A stretch of DNA of 64,000 bases from Raja brachyura (lineage: Eukaryota): positions 20,398,001 to 20,462,000 of the forward strand of contig OY740809.1 of NCBI GenBank assembly GCA_963514005.1, written 5' to 3'. Of this stretch, positions 27,101 to 38,032 are shown piece by piece. Both the position numbers and the translations under genes were made by a program. The notes beneath the pieces were generated by a model, which was given only the letters and a program-made list of their open reading frames with translations, ran no database searches and was not told the origin of the DNA. Position 1 is the stretch's first letter, and the number at the start of each line of letters is the position of its first letter.

Positions 27101-30100
27101 GAAAGGATGAATTTTAAAATGATGAAAGATGTTTATTTTAGTTTAGTTTTATATTATTGTCACGTTTACCAAGATAGTTTTGATGCGTGCTATCCAGTCA
27201 AAGACAAGATTTTACATGATTATAATCAACCCCTCCACAGCATTCAAATACAGGGTAAAGTTCAATTAAAGATAGTTCTAAGTTCTCCAATGAGATAGAT
27301 GGGAGGTCAAGACAGAGAAAACAGATTCTGTTCAATTATTATGGGCTTCATTTGTCTGTATAGACCAGGGCAATTATAAATACAGTGAACCTTCCACAAA
27401 TACATAATATTAAATACAGACCGTTTACGAACAGCAGCTGCCAGATCACCCACTAGATCTCGATGTGGTCCTGTGTCAATGGAGTTCCAGTTCCAGGACA
27501 CTGGTGATCCCCAGTTTGTGAACCCTTCATGGTGTTTTGATGTCAGCACCACATATCTGAAAATATAAACCACAGGAAAACAATTAGTCATTAACAACCA
27601 AGGCCAATAGTAAAGTAACTCTTAGATATATCTGCATGCCAGCTTTATTTTGGCTAAAATACAGACCAATGCTTGCAGTTTGAGTTGTGTGCTTGACATT
27701 TTAAAGAGTTCATAAACTAGAGGGAAATGTGTGAACATTTTTTGTGCTTTTAATTTAGATGTACTGTAAAGGTTACCTATTTACAAGTTTTCAGGGTGAC
27801 ACAAGTAGCATAAAGTAATACGTTCTGCAACACATTTGCCACAGGCATGCGATTAACAAAAATAATGCATTTTTGGAGGTTACTAATCGAAATTCACAAA
27901 ATTGGGCGAAATGCGTGAGTCTCACGCTCAATGCGGGAGAGTTGGCAGCTCTGCTCATAGATGCATTCACCAGGAAAAGCCAGTCATCACATCCTAAGCA
28001 TTGCAATCCTAATTATCTTGAATCCATTGATAATTATCTGTGTAGTGAATGCCATAAATGTTTCAATACATTAATTAAATGTAACTTTTATCCATACAAT
28101 AGCTTTATTGTTTAGTTTAGTAGCACAGCACGGAAACGGGCCCTTCAGCCCACCGAGTCTGCGGTGACCAGCAATCAACCGTACACTACCTGTATCCTAC
28201 ACTCTAAGGAGAGTTTACAGAACCCAATTAACCAACAAACCAGCACGTCTTTAGAATGTGGGATGAGCACCCATAGAAAATCCACTCAGTCACCGGGAGA
28301 AAGTACAAACTCTGTACAGACAGCACCCATAGTCAGGATCGAGCCCAGGACTCTGTAGCTTTAAAGCAGCAGCTCTACCAATGCACCACTGTGTCACCTC
28401 ATTAATACATCAATGGAACAGACTTCTTTTATAAACAATATATAAAATGCAAAACTAAGCTAATGAAATCTCTGGGTTCAGATGCAATACTACATAACCG
28501 CAGAATTCTTCTGGAAACAGTTCCCCATTTTCCTTCACACATCCAGATTAATAAATATTAGTTACTAGTGAAACTAGATTATAAATTTATTCCTTCCAAA
28601 CACAGTTCCAAATAAACCACATAAAACCACACTCAAAGTTTAGTAGTCATGTGTTCAGTGTTATTCGCAGCTCAGACTGAGAGTCGTGGCCTCTCCCTCC
28701 CCCATCTTGCAGCAAGAGGTCACGCCCACACTTCCGGGTTTTATAGTCCCTCCCCTCACACCAGAAGGGGCGTGGTTTTATGGCAAGATTGACAGGAGAG
28801 AGAATCTCAACATTTTTTAAACATTAATAACTCTTTTACTTTTTAAGAGGGCGTTAGATGTGGCACTTGTGGCTAAAGGGATCAGGGGGTATGGAGAGAA
28901 GGCAGGTACGGGATACTGAGTTGGATGATCAGCCATGATCACATTGAATGGCAGTGCAGGCTCGAAGGGCTGAATGGCCTACTCCTGCACCTATTTTTCT
29001 ATGTTTCTATGTTTCTACTTTTCATCTATGGGAAACATTCTCTGCACCTGATGAGCAGAGTAAGATGGCCAAAAATCACAGCCATAAGTGGTAGCATTTT
29101 TTCTAAAATCAACGTACAGTGCAAACAGGAAGTAGTCAAGTTTAGACTTTTAATTATATAGATTATGAAATTGTACACTAAGGTGCTGTGGTTTATACAC
29201 CGTCTTAATCTCTCCTGCTCTCGTCTGACTGTCAGTATCTCCGCTGGCTTCCAACCTTTACCGTAGCTGCTAATTACCATTAAACTGCATTATGTGATAG
29301 GACACAATGCCCTTGGATACAGCGGCTGATTGGACGGCAGGAGAAAGAAGGGTTTCGGCCCGAAACGTTGCCTATTTCCTTCGCTCCAGAGATGCTGTTG
29401 CACCCGCTGAGTTTCTCCAGCACTTTTGTCTACCTTTGATCTTCCAGCATCTGCAGATCCTTCTCAAACATGACCAACGTGTTGATTGGACTGAAATTTT
29501 AAGGACAGCTGGTCCGTGATTGATCACAATGCTCCTCAGAGACCCCCGAATGGCCAGCGCATTATGTGATTTGACACAATGCCCTTGGAGACAGCAGCTG
29601 ATTGGACGGGAGGAGACCGATTTGTTGATTGGATGGGAATTTTAAGGGAAACTGGTCGGTGATTGGACGCAATCCCCTTTGAGACAGCGGTTGATTGGCC
29701 GCCAAATAATCAGGCACGAAAAATTGTCAACTCGGAAAACAAACAACAAAAATCGGAATTCCGATTTAAATCTGATATAAGGTACATAGGGTGGGTATCG
29801 ATTAATTCTAGACAACAGGTGAAACAAAAAATAATCTAACCCCATTAATTCACTCAAGGTGTATTATGATGTGTTCCACAGTATGAAGTGTACAGCAAAA
29901 CTTGCACTTCCACAGTGGTCTATCGTGTTGTTTCTTCAACGGACCACGGATTTATTTTCAGAGCAAAACATAAAGTGCTCGAGAACTCAGCACTGGATCT
30001 ATGGAGGGTCCGAAGAACGGTCTCGACCCAAAATGTGACCTATTCCTTCTCTCCAGAGATGCTGCCTGACCCACTGAGTTACTCCAGCATTTTGTGTCTA

Positions 30101-32411
30101 TCTATGAAGGGAATGGGTAGGCGACGTTTACGGTCGGTTACCTTCTTCAAGCATTTTTTAAGGGGTTGGGAAAGATCGAACATTTCACGTATTGAAATAT
30201 GTTGTTACGAATATAACTAGTAGTGTGGGAGAAAGTTCCATGAGCCATAATTGCCACATACATACCCAGAAGTAGAAATGTAGAAAGTTACAGAGTGTTA
30301 AAAAAAAAACGACCTTTGTAGTCTCCTTGTAACAAATCAAATGCCAAATTCAAAATTCTATATTTTGAAAATGGGCAAAGCAAAAAGTAGCAAGTTCTCT
30401 AGAAAGGATTATACTGAAATAATTGATCGGAAGGGTGTGGTTTTCAGTCAGGACGTCTGTATCATTCAGTCAGTGAGCTCGCGGTCAGGAGCCTTTCTCT
30501 ATTACCCCTCTACATAAAAACAAAGCGTCAATGCCTCTTCAAGGTCGACTAATCCACCCGTAGCTTCAGTTGTAGGTACAGCCGAAGGGATTTGGCTATG
30601 AATTTATATGAATTTTAAAAATCCGATACATTTACATAATTCAAAAACTATAACCACAATGTGATAAATAACACTAAATAAAACTGAAGCAAATAACGGC
30701 AAGCTGATGAACTAACCTTGAAGGAGAGAGAAAACACACATAAACTTTTTTTAAAAATTCATATAACATCCCTAAATGACGGGTACAAATGACTAAATAA
30801 CGCGGGTGGACAAAAATGCTGCCTCACCCGCTGAGTTTCTCCAGCAATTTTGTCTATCATCGATTGTCCCAGCATTTGCAGTACCAGACTGATTCCTGGG
30901 ATGACCAGACTGATTCCTGGGATGGCAGGACTTTCATATCAAGAAAGACTGAATAGACTTGGCTTGTACTCGCTAGAATTTAGAAGATTGAGGGGGGATC
31001 TTATAGAAACTTCTTAAGGGGTTGGACAGGCTAGATGCAGGAAGATTGTTCTCGATGTTGGGGAAGTCCAGAACAAGGGGTCACAATTTATGGATAAGGG
31101 GGAAGTCTTTTAGGCCCGAGATGGGAAAAACTTTTTTCACACAGAGAGTGGTGAATCTGTGGAATTCTCGGCCACAGAAGGTAGTTGAGGCTAGTTCATT
31201 GGCTATATTTAAGAGGGAGTTAGATGTGGCCCTTGTGGCTAAAGGGATCAGGGGGTATGGAGAGAAGGCAGGTACAGGATACTGAGTTGGATGATCAGCC
31301 ATGATCATATTGAATGGCGGTGCAGGCTCGAAGGGCCGAATGGTCTACTCCTGCACCGATTTTCTATGTTTCTATGTTTCTTAAAATAATGTGGGCGAAT
31401 GACTGTGTCTGCACAGAAGAAGCCCGTGCTCGCGGTCCGGAGCCCTGAATGACAGAAGGTTTTAAGAAATTCTGCTGTTAATTTTATTCAAAGGAACGCG
31501 GCGTCATTAATACTTGGTCAAAATACAATTATGCAGATGCTGGTTGACACCCAAGATAGACACAAAATGTTGGAGTAACTCAGCGACACAGTCAACATCT
31601 CTGGATAAGTGCCAAAGTCGGCTTTGATTCAACTCATCCTGCACCACTGCCCTGGCCGGTTTCAGTTCTGCTCGTTTAAGATCTTTGGTTTCAGCAGCTG
31701 ATGCTGGAGGTTGTCTTGTGACCGGCCACATGAACGCGAGCTCACGTGAAGCTCGGGCTAATTATTCAAACTCGGCAAAACAGCGACATTGTCCAATCTC
31801 AAGTCAAAAATATATACAAAAAGCTAGAATATCTCTGCGGGGCGGCAAGCAGCATCTCTGCAGCATCTCTGCAGAGAAGGATTAAATGGGGACCGTTTCG
31901 GGTCGAGACCCTTCTTCAGACTGACATCTCTAGTCACCCATCTTCTTATCAATAAAGACATTTCTACACCAAATCTATCCTTTCTCGACACTGAAACTCA
32001 GTGGCTGCTGACATTTGCTCGGCTTTGACTGCGCTTTTTCACGAACCTAGCTCCGGATTCCTCGAACAGTTCCGCCCATTGATCCGGGTTGAAGAAGGTG
32101 GCGGTGAATTCTGGAGCGAACTCGCTGTATTCGAACCCAGGTGGGTAGTTCTTTTCCATAAACGCCACATAGCTAGGTGCCTTGCTTTCCTTCCAGTGCC
32201 ACCAGAACCACTCGCTGCCGAAGCTGGGCACGGAAAACACTCCCCAGTGGATGAAAATCCCAAACTTGCTCTCATCGTACCAGCTGGGTAAAGGCCTGCT
32301 GTCAAGACTCTTCCAGTTCGGTTGGTAAGGGCCATCGCAGAAAGCCCTGGAGCATAAATACCCGGTAAGGCAAATAAAACTCAAGAAGCTCTTGCACCCC
32401 ATGATCTGCAT
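18193..32411 (-). CDS. FUCA1: Tissue alpha-L-fucosidase (GH29), copy A, 8 exons, ~458 aa, intact
   Basis: Exons: 32411-32047, 27556-27422, 25391-25254, 23564-23459, 21840-21640, 21010-20820, 20196-20097, 18333-18193 (365/135/138/106/201/191/100/141 bp). All introns are GT-AG and the frame is continuous. Signal peptide, then [41 protein letters not shown] (nucleophile), [21 protein letters not shown]. An alternative ATG lies at 32402. Confidence 0.95.
22394..22866 (+). mobile_element. Penelope-like 3' fragment in FUCA1-A intron 4
   Basis: YIGE...[14 protein letters not shown] remnant. 11-bp TSD TTCCATCAATT at 22383-22393 and 22867-22877; the paralogous site in copy B (~45572) is empty. Confidence 0.85.
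24324..25182 (-). mobile_element. Penelope-like element (RT fragment joined to terminus) in FUCA1-A intron 3
   Basis: ORF 24433-24990 has [25 protein letters not shown] and YLRYIDD; upstream [12 protein letters not shown]. Flanking CACATC repeat; absent in copy B (~46795). Confidence 0.88.
28110..28400 (-). mobile_element. tRNA-derived SINE, shared with copy B at ~47845-48085
   Basis: Reverse complement of the 11221 SINE family (CAGGATCGAGCCCAGG, GCAGCTCTACC). Confidence 0.6.
30884..31381 (+). mobile_element. CR1 LINE 3' end; related tails at 28843-29017 (+), 23677-23760 (-), 34861-35298 (+) and 42975-43329 (+)
   Basis: ORF 31022-31285 closely matches 3390-3653; (TCTATGTT)n tail. Confidence 0.85.
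31742..31749. promoter_or_regulatory. CLEAR-type E-box (TCACGTGA) in FUCA1-A intron 1
   Basis: Exact TCACGTGA about 300 bp into intron 1 of a lysosomal hydrolase gene; conserved in copy B at 49262-49269. Confidence 0.45.
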
Positions 32412-32460
32412 CCTTTGTACATAGAACAGGAAATGATCGCTCCTGTTACGTCACTTCAAC
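32412..32460 (-). promoter_or_regulatory. FUCA1-A proximal promoter/5' UTR with CRE-like and ETS-like motifs
   Basis: TTACGTCA and CAGGAAAT lie just upstream of the ATG; near-identical in copy B at 49947-49995. Confidence 0.4.
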
Positions 32461-32474
32461 CATAGACTTTCAAC

Positions 32475-32502
32475 CAAAGATCCTATTGCTATAGGATCTT
32501 TG
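32475..32502. mobile_element. 28-bp palindromic micro-MITE with 8-bp TSD (hAT-like)
   Basis: CAAAGATCCTAT-TGCT-ATAGGATCTTTG flanked by CTTTCAAC at 32467-32474 and 32503-32510. Confidence 0.7.
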
Positions 32503-33495
32503 CTTTCAACGATGCAGCAAGCAATGCAGAACCAAAGAACTGCAGATGATTGTTCACTCAGGAAAGGCACAAAGTGCTGGAGTAAGTGACTCAGCGGGTC
32601 AGACCGCAACTCTGGGGAACGTGGATAGATTACGTTTCTGGTCGGGACACTTCTTCAGATTAGCATGCAATTCAATTAATTGTAAATAATACCCGGTTTA
32701 TCAATTTGTGGATTTAAACATTTCTTCTTCGGTGAGCATTTTCATTTTAAAATAGCAATGTCCTCACTTCAGGGTAACCTTTAAAGGTGCCGTTTTTTAA
32801 AATTCACAACGCTGTAGCATTTTGCGATGAGTAGCATTCCCGATATGCTCGTTGAGGAGCCTCCAGTCTGAAGAAGGGTCTCGACCCGAAACGTCACCCT
32901 TTCCTTCTCTCCAGAGATGCTGCCTGTCCCGCTGAGTTACTCCAGCTTCTTACGTCTATGCTCTTTTTATGATTTGTAAATATTACTGGCGAAGTTATGA
33001 CGATAATAGGAATAATGCGATTTGTTATGAAAGTTGCTTTAATGTTCTGTGTTAAACTATTTTAGAATATATTATTCGTGAAATATATTTTGAACTTTAA
33101 ATATTTTAACATGAATGCATATCATTTCTGTACTGAATGGCGGCCAACGTGTCCCATTTATACGTCCCACCTGCCTGCATTTGGCCGATATCCCTCTAAT
33201 CCTATCCTATCCATGCACCTGTAATCCTACCCTATCCATGTAGCTGTCCAAATGTTTTGTTAAATGTTGCGATAGTACATGCGTCAACTATCTCCTCAGG
33301 CAGCTCGTTCCATACACCTACCGCCCTTTGCTTAAAAAGGTTACTCCTCATTATTAAATCTTTTTAATAACTCCTCATTATTAACTCTTATTAAATCTTT
33401 CCCCCTTACCTATGTCCTCTGGTTCTTGATTTCCCCTGCTCTGGGCATGTGCATCTACCCAATCTATTCCTATCATGATTTTGTACAGCTCTATA

Positions 33496-34386
33496 GGGAG
33501 GTTTCAGGGCAGGTGGGTCACGACCTATGACCCGTACTGTTGCTGCCTTATGCCAAGTGGAGTACACGCGGTGAACTGCAGGTAAGCACTTACCATTGTT
33601 TCCAGTGTAGCGGGCCCGTTAAAAAACGCCGAAATTGTCCATTTTTGCGCTGTAAATAATTATGGAAATCGGGATAAGCGTGAGAGACATTTAGTCTACA
33701 TCAGAATTCCAAAAGTGAGGAGAAATTACAGTAGAAAGAAGCGAAAGCTGAAGGGACAACAACAGTCGGAGTGCATGGCGAACATTGGCCGTTTGCTCAC
33801 TGCATTTCATCAACTAAGGCATTATTTTAGTTTTTTTTCTTGAGTCCTTTGGCATCTAAAAAGTTTCAGAACTGGTAAATCTGGCTGTAATTTTTTTTAA
33901 TCGCCCATGGTTCTCAAGCGTTTACATACAAAAAGAAAACGCCTCTGAAGCAACATTTACAGCCAGATTTATCACTTCTGAGACTTTTTAGAAACCAAAT
34001 CAAGAAAAAACACAAATAATGCCTTACTGTTGATGAAATGCAGTGAGCAAACGCGATAATTCCAATATTTTCAATTCCGATATCTGCACGGCCAATGTTC
34101 GCCAAGCACTTTAGCTGTTGTTGTCCCTTCAGCTCTCGCTTCTCTTTATCTTCATTTCGCTTCACTTTTGGAATTCTGACGTTGGGTACATGTCTCTCAC
34201 GCTTACCCCGACTTCCACAATTTTTTACAGCGCAAAAATCCAACTTTTTGGCGGTTTTTAACAGGTTGGAAAGTACGCGATTCTTGTATTAATAACATAT
34301 ACCGGAAGTTATGGATGTCCTCCAGATGGATTGAGTGGCTCCGTGCGTCAAGCCCTATGACCCAGTGACCTTGCGTGCAAACCCCC
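33496..34386. mobile_element. Foldback non-autonomous DNA transposon whose two arms carry THAP-domain remnants; interrupts a minus-strand CR1 fragment (~33150-34860)
   Basis: Ends are TATA-GGGAGGTTTC ... AAACCCCC-TATA. ORF 33914-34243 (FCAVKNC...RIPKV...LANIGRAD...HCISS) resembles a THAP finger, and an inverted degenerate copy lies at ~33620-33900. Confidence 0.65.
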
Positions 34387-36868
34387 TATAAGATCACTGC
34401 TCATCCTCCTGTGCTCCAAGGAATAAAGTCCCTTGGGTCCTGGTAACACCCTCATAAATCTTCTCCGCACCCGTTCCTGTTTGACAACATCTTTCCTATA
34501 ACGTGAGCCCAAAACGGAACACAATACTCTAAATGTGGCATCACCAACGTCTTATACAACTGCATCAGGACTTCCCAACTTCTATACTCAATGCCCCGAC
34601 TGCTGACGGCCAATGTGCCCAAAGCCTTGTTGACCACCCTATCTGCCTAAGATGCCATATTCAACAAACTATGCACCTGTACTCCTAGATCCCATGCCCT
34701 ACAACACTCCCCGAGCCCCACCATTCACTGTGTAAGTTCTACCCATATTTGTGCTTCCAAAATGCACCACTTCACATTTCTCTGTTAAATTCCATCAACC
34801 ATTCCTCAGCCCACCTGCCCAACTGATCAAGATCCTGCTGCAATTTCTGACAACCATCTTCATGGCAGGACTGTCATATGAGAAAAGATTAGAAAGACTG
34901 GGCTTGTATTCACCGGATTTTAGTAGGATGAGAGGGGAATTTATAGAAACTTATAAAATTATAAAAGGACTGGACAAGCTAGATGTAGGAAAAATGTTCC
35001 CAATGTTGGGGGAGTCCAGAACCAGGAGCCACAGTCTAAGAATAAAGGGGAGGCCATTTAAAACTGAGAAGAGAAAAAACTTTTTCACCCAGAGAGTTGT
35101 GAATTTGTGGAATTCTCTGCCACAAAATTTAAAAGAGAGTTAGATGGAGCTCTAGGGGCTAGCGGAAAAGCAATATGGGGGGGAAGGCAGGCGCGGGTTA
35201 TTGATTGTGGTTGATCAGACATGATCACAATGAATGGCGGTGCTGGCTCGAAGGGCCGAATAGCCTCCTTCTGCAACTATTTTCTATGTTTCTATGTTTG
35301 CTCTATTGTAGAATAGTTAGGATATCGTGGAATTTCCTGCTGAAACACAACCCAAATCTCCCCAAAATATATTTCTACATGTCTGTTTAAACATTTGTAC
35401 AATGCAAACACTGTGAATTTTAAAAAGCTAGAATGTTCATATCTTTAGCAGACATGCATTATAGTTATGTAGGTAGGAAAATAGCAATGAATAAGATTAA
35501 TCTCTTACGAGAATGTTTTAAAGTAATGCTTTATGTGATGCCATCTGGTCATGTGTGTGAAATTTGGTTCACTTTCCATAATTTAACATAACATTTAACA
35601 TAACCTAAAAGTTAAACATGTCTGTAAGTTGTGTAAATAGTTCCACTTGAAGAATTAACATTAAAAATACACAAAATGACCAAAGTAACTCAGCAGGTCA
35701 GGCAGCATTGCTGAAGAACATGGATAGGTTTACTTATTAAAAATGCATGTTATGACAAGCACCTTACCTAAAATGTATAAAATCTACCCTGAACCTTCAC
35801 CTGTCAGATCTATCTATACAACACTATAGGAATATAATTTATTTTCTTCTGAATGGTGTAAAAAAAAGGGTTATTTTACAAATAATTACATTGATCAAAG
35901 TTTTTAACTTCAAAGCTCTGACCAGTCAGGCAGCTTGCCTGACTTCCATTATTAGATCAGCAGAAATACCCCTCCATTAAATATTGGAAAAGAACACTGA
36001 TAAAATAGTGTTTCATTCCCAGTGAAAATACCTGCAGACAATGAGGATGTGCTGAAAACAAAATGACAATTTGGTGACAATAATAAGCAAGTACAATGGA
36101 AAATTTCTATCACTTGCAAATACCTGAAATCTTAGTAGCAAAACCAGGTAACAATTGATGGGTAAATGTCATCAATTCTGCCTGTAGTACCATTTCACAA
36201 GTTGAATTAACATGATAATCAAATCTTTCCTTTTATTTTACCTTTTTATGTTTCTAAAATGATTCAAACACAAGGGCTCTATATTTTTGTTCATGTCTGA
36301 TTCAATGGTTTGTAAGCATACACCTTGAAAACCATTTTGAGCAAAGAAAATGTTGTATATAAAAGTAGGTTGAAATGGATACAGTACAGAAGCTCGTTGA
36401 TCCAATATGCCCACACTGGATGGCTCTCCACCAGAGCAACATGATGGTGAATATTTGAACGTAAATACATTTTAACATTACAACATGACTGAAACAAAGA
36501 TATTAATTTAACTCCAATTCTGTGCATCCATTTTCTCTTTAACAAACGTGCCGAAGAGGTTCTTCGCTACAGGATTTAGTCTCTTTTTGTTTTAAAAACA
36601 TACAATATCCAACATGGAACACTTTAACAAAACTATACAGTAGAATGTCAATAATCTGAACAATTACCATCCCACCTTTCCTATTGAACAGAAATGAGAA
36701 ACAACTAATACAATTGTTATCATTAACATTTTAAGGGGCAAATAAATGTCAAATTGATACAACTTACATTTTGAACCCCTCGGGTAACTCTTATACTTTT
36801 CTTGCTTTAATAAAAATGACTCAGCACAGAATGTTTCCTCAGTCACTCTTCTCAACGGTATCATAAAC

Positions 36869-38032
36869 TTAGACTAGTTCATCTTTGTCAGCCAGGATTT
36901 CTCGTACGGCATGAACTTGGCAGCTTTCTGGATCTTCTCCCCCTGAACTCAGGAACTCCGTCTCGCCATCAGGCTCTCTAGAAATCCAGCCAGACTCTTT
37001 GTCACCTTCCTGAAATTCTGTATCATGGTCTGCATGTGAATCTAAGTCGATAAGCTCATCAAAATTTGTTGGGTCTATGCAGTTAATGCACAGACCTAAA
37101 GATTTGACCCAATCTTGTGCAGTTTTGGTTGCAATGCCAGTGAATGGCTTCTCGCAAACTTTGCAAGTAATGATGTCTCTAGATCTATGGACCTGGGAAA
37201 AGTTCAAACAATGCGATGACATGAATGAAATGAGAAGGAAACACTAAATATTATTAGGAACAAATAGAACTCATTGCTCTTGATGATCAGAGCAATAGAC
37301 ACATTATAAATGTTGAGGAGAACAAAATGATGAATTTAAGAAAAAGTGAAAGCAAAATCCTGTTGCAATGCTGGCAAAAAAGTACCAACTAACAACATCA
37401 AGACTAAGTACCTCAAGTTCATTTGCACCTCTACTAAATCATAAAGATTCACTTTTTACAATATAAAGAGACACAACTATGATACTAAGGCAAGATGCTC
37501 AGAGATTCAGGCAAAATAGATATTAAAGTTTTAGATCATAAATGGTCTGTGATTTAATTGATGTTTAATGTTAAGCAAAACTACTTGTAGACATATTAAG
37601 GGGAAAGGTGAATATCATAAAGGAAACCACCAAAACAGATCATGAGGCAGAAAAAGAGTTCCACATTCACATTTGATGATATCCAAGAGATAATGCCAGT
37701 ATGAACCAGCTGATATTTCTGCCACCTCCCCATTATTATTTACATTATTGTCCAACAGGTGTTTTATCTCGCTTCAGAAAATCTAGCACAAGCAGGATAT
37801 CGAGTTCCTGTCGCCTGCAAAAAAAAAATCAACTTCAGTAATCAGCACGACCTACACTCAGGTGGTGGTTGCGGAGATGCTCAAGTCGTGTGAATCGCTT
37901 GTCACAGGAATTGCAATAATATGGTCTCTCTCCTGTATGTGATCGTAGATGTCGCTTCGTCAGATTGCCTCTTCACAGTATGTGTACAGAAAGGGCACTT
38001 GAATCTCACCTTTCGTAATACATTACAGTCTC
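36869..38032 (-). pseudogene. ZBTB8A: Truncated ZBTB8A duplicate: last two coding exons only, frameshifted, BTB exon deleted
   Basis: Exon copies at 38032-37856 (177 bp vs 179; GCTTC--GTCAG vs GCTTCAAGTCAG, a 2-bp deletion in finger 1) and 37192-36869 (324 bp, open). Upstream, homology jumps from ~54125 to ~57700 of the intact gene. Confidence 0.88.
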
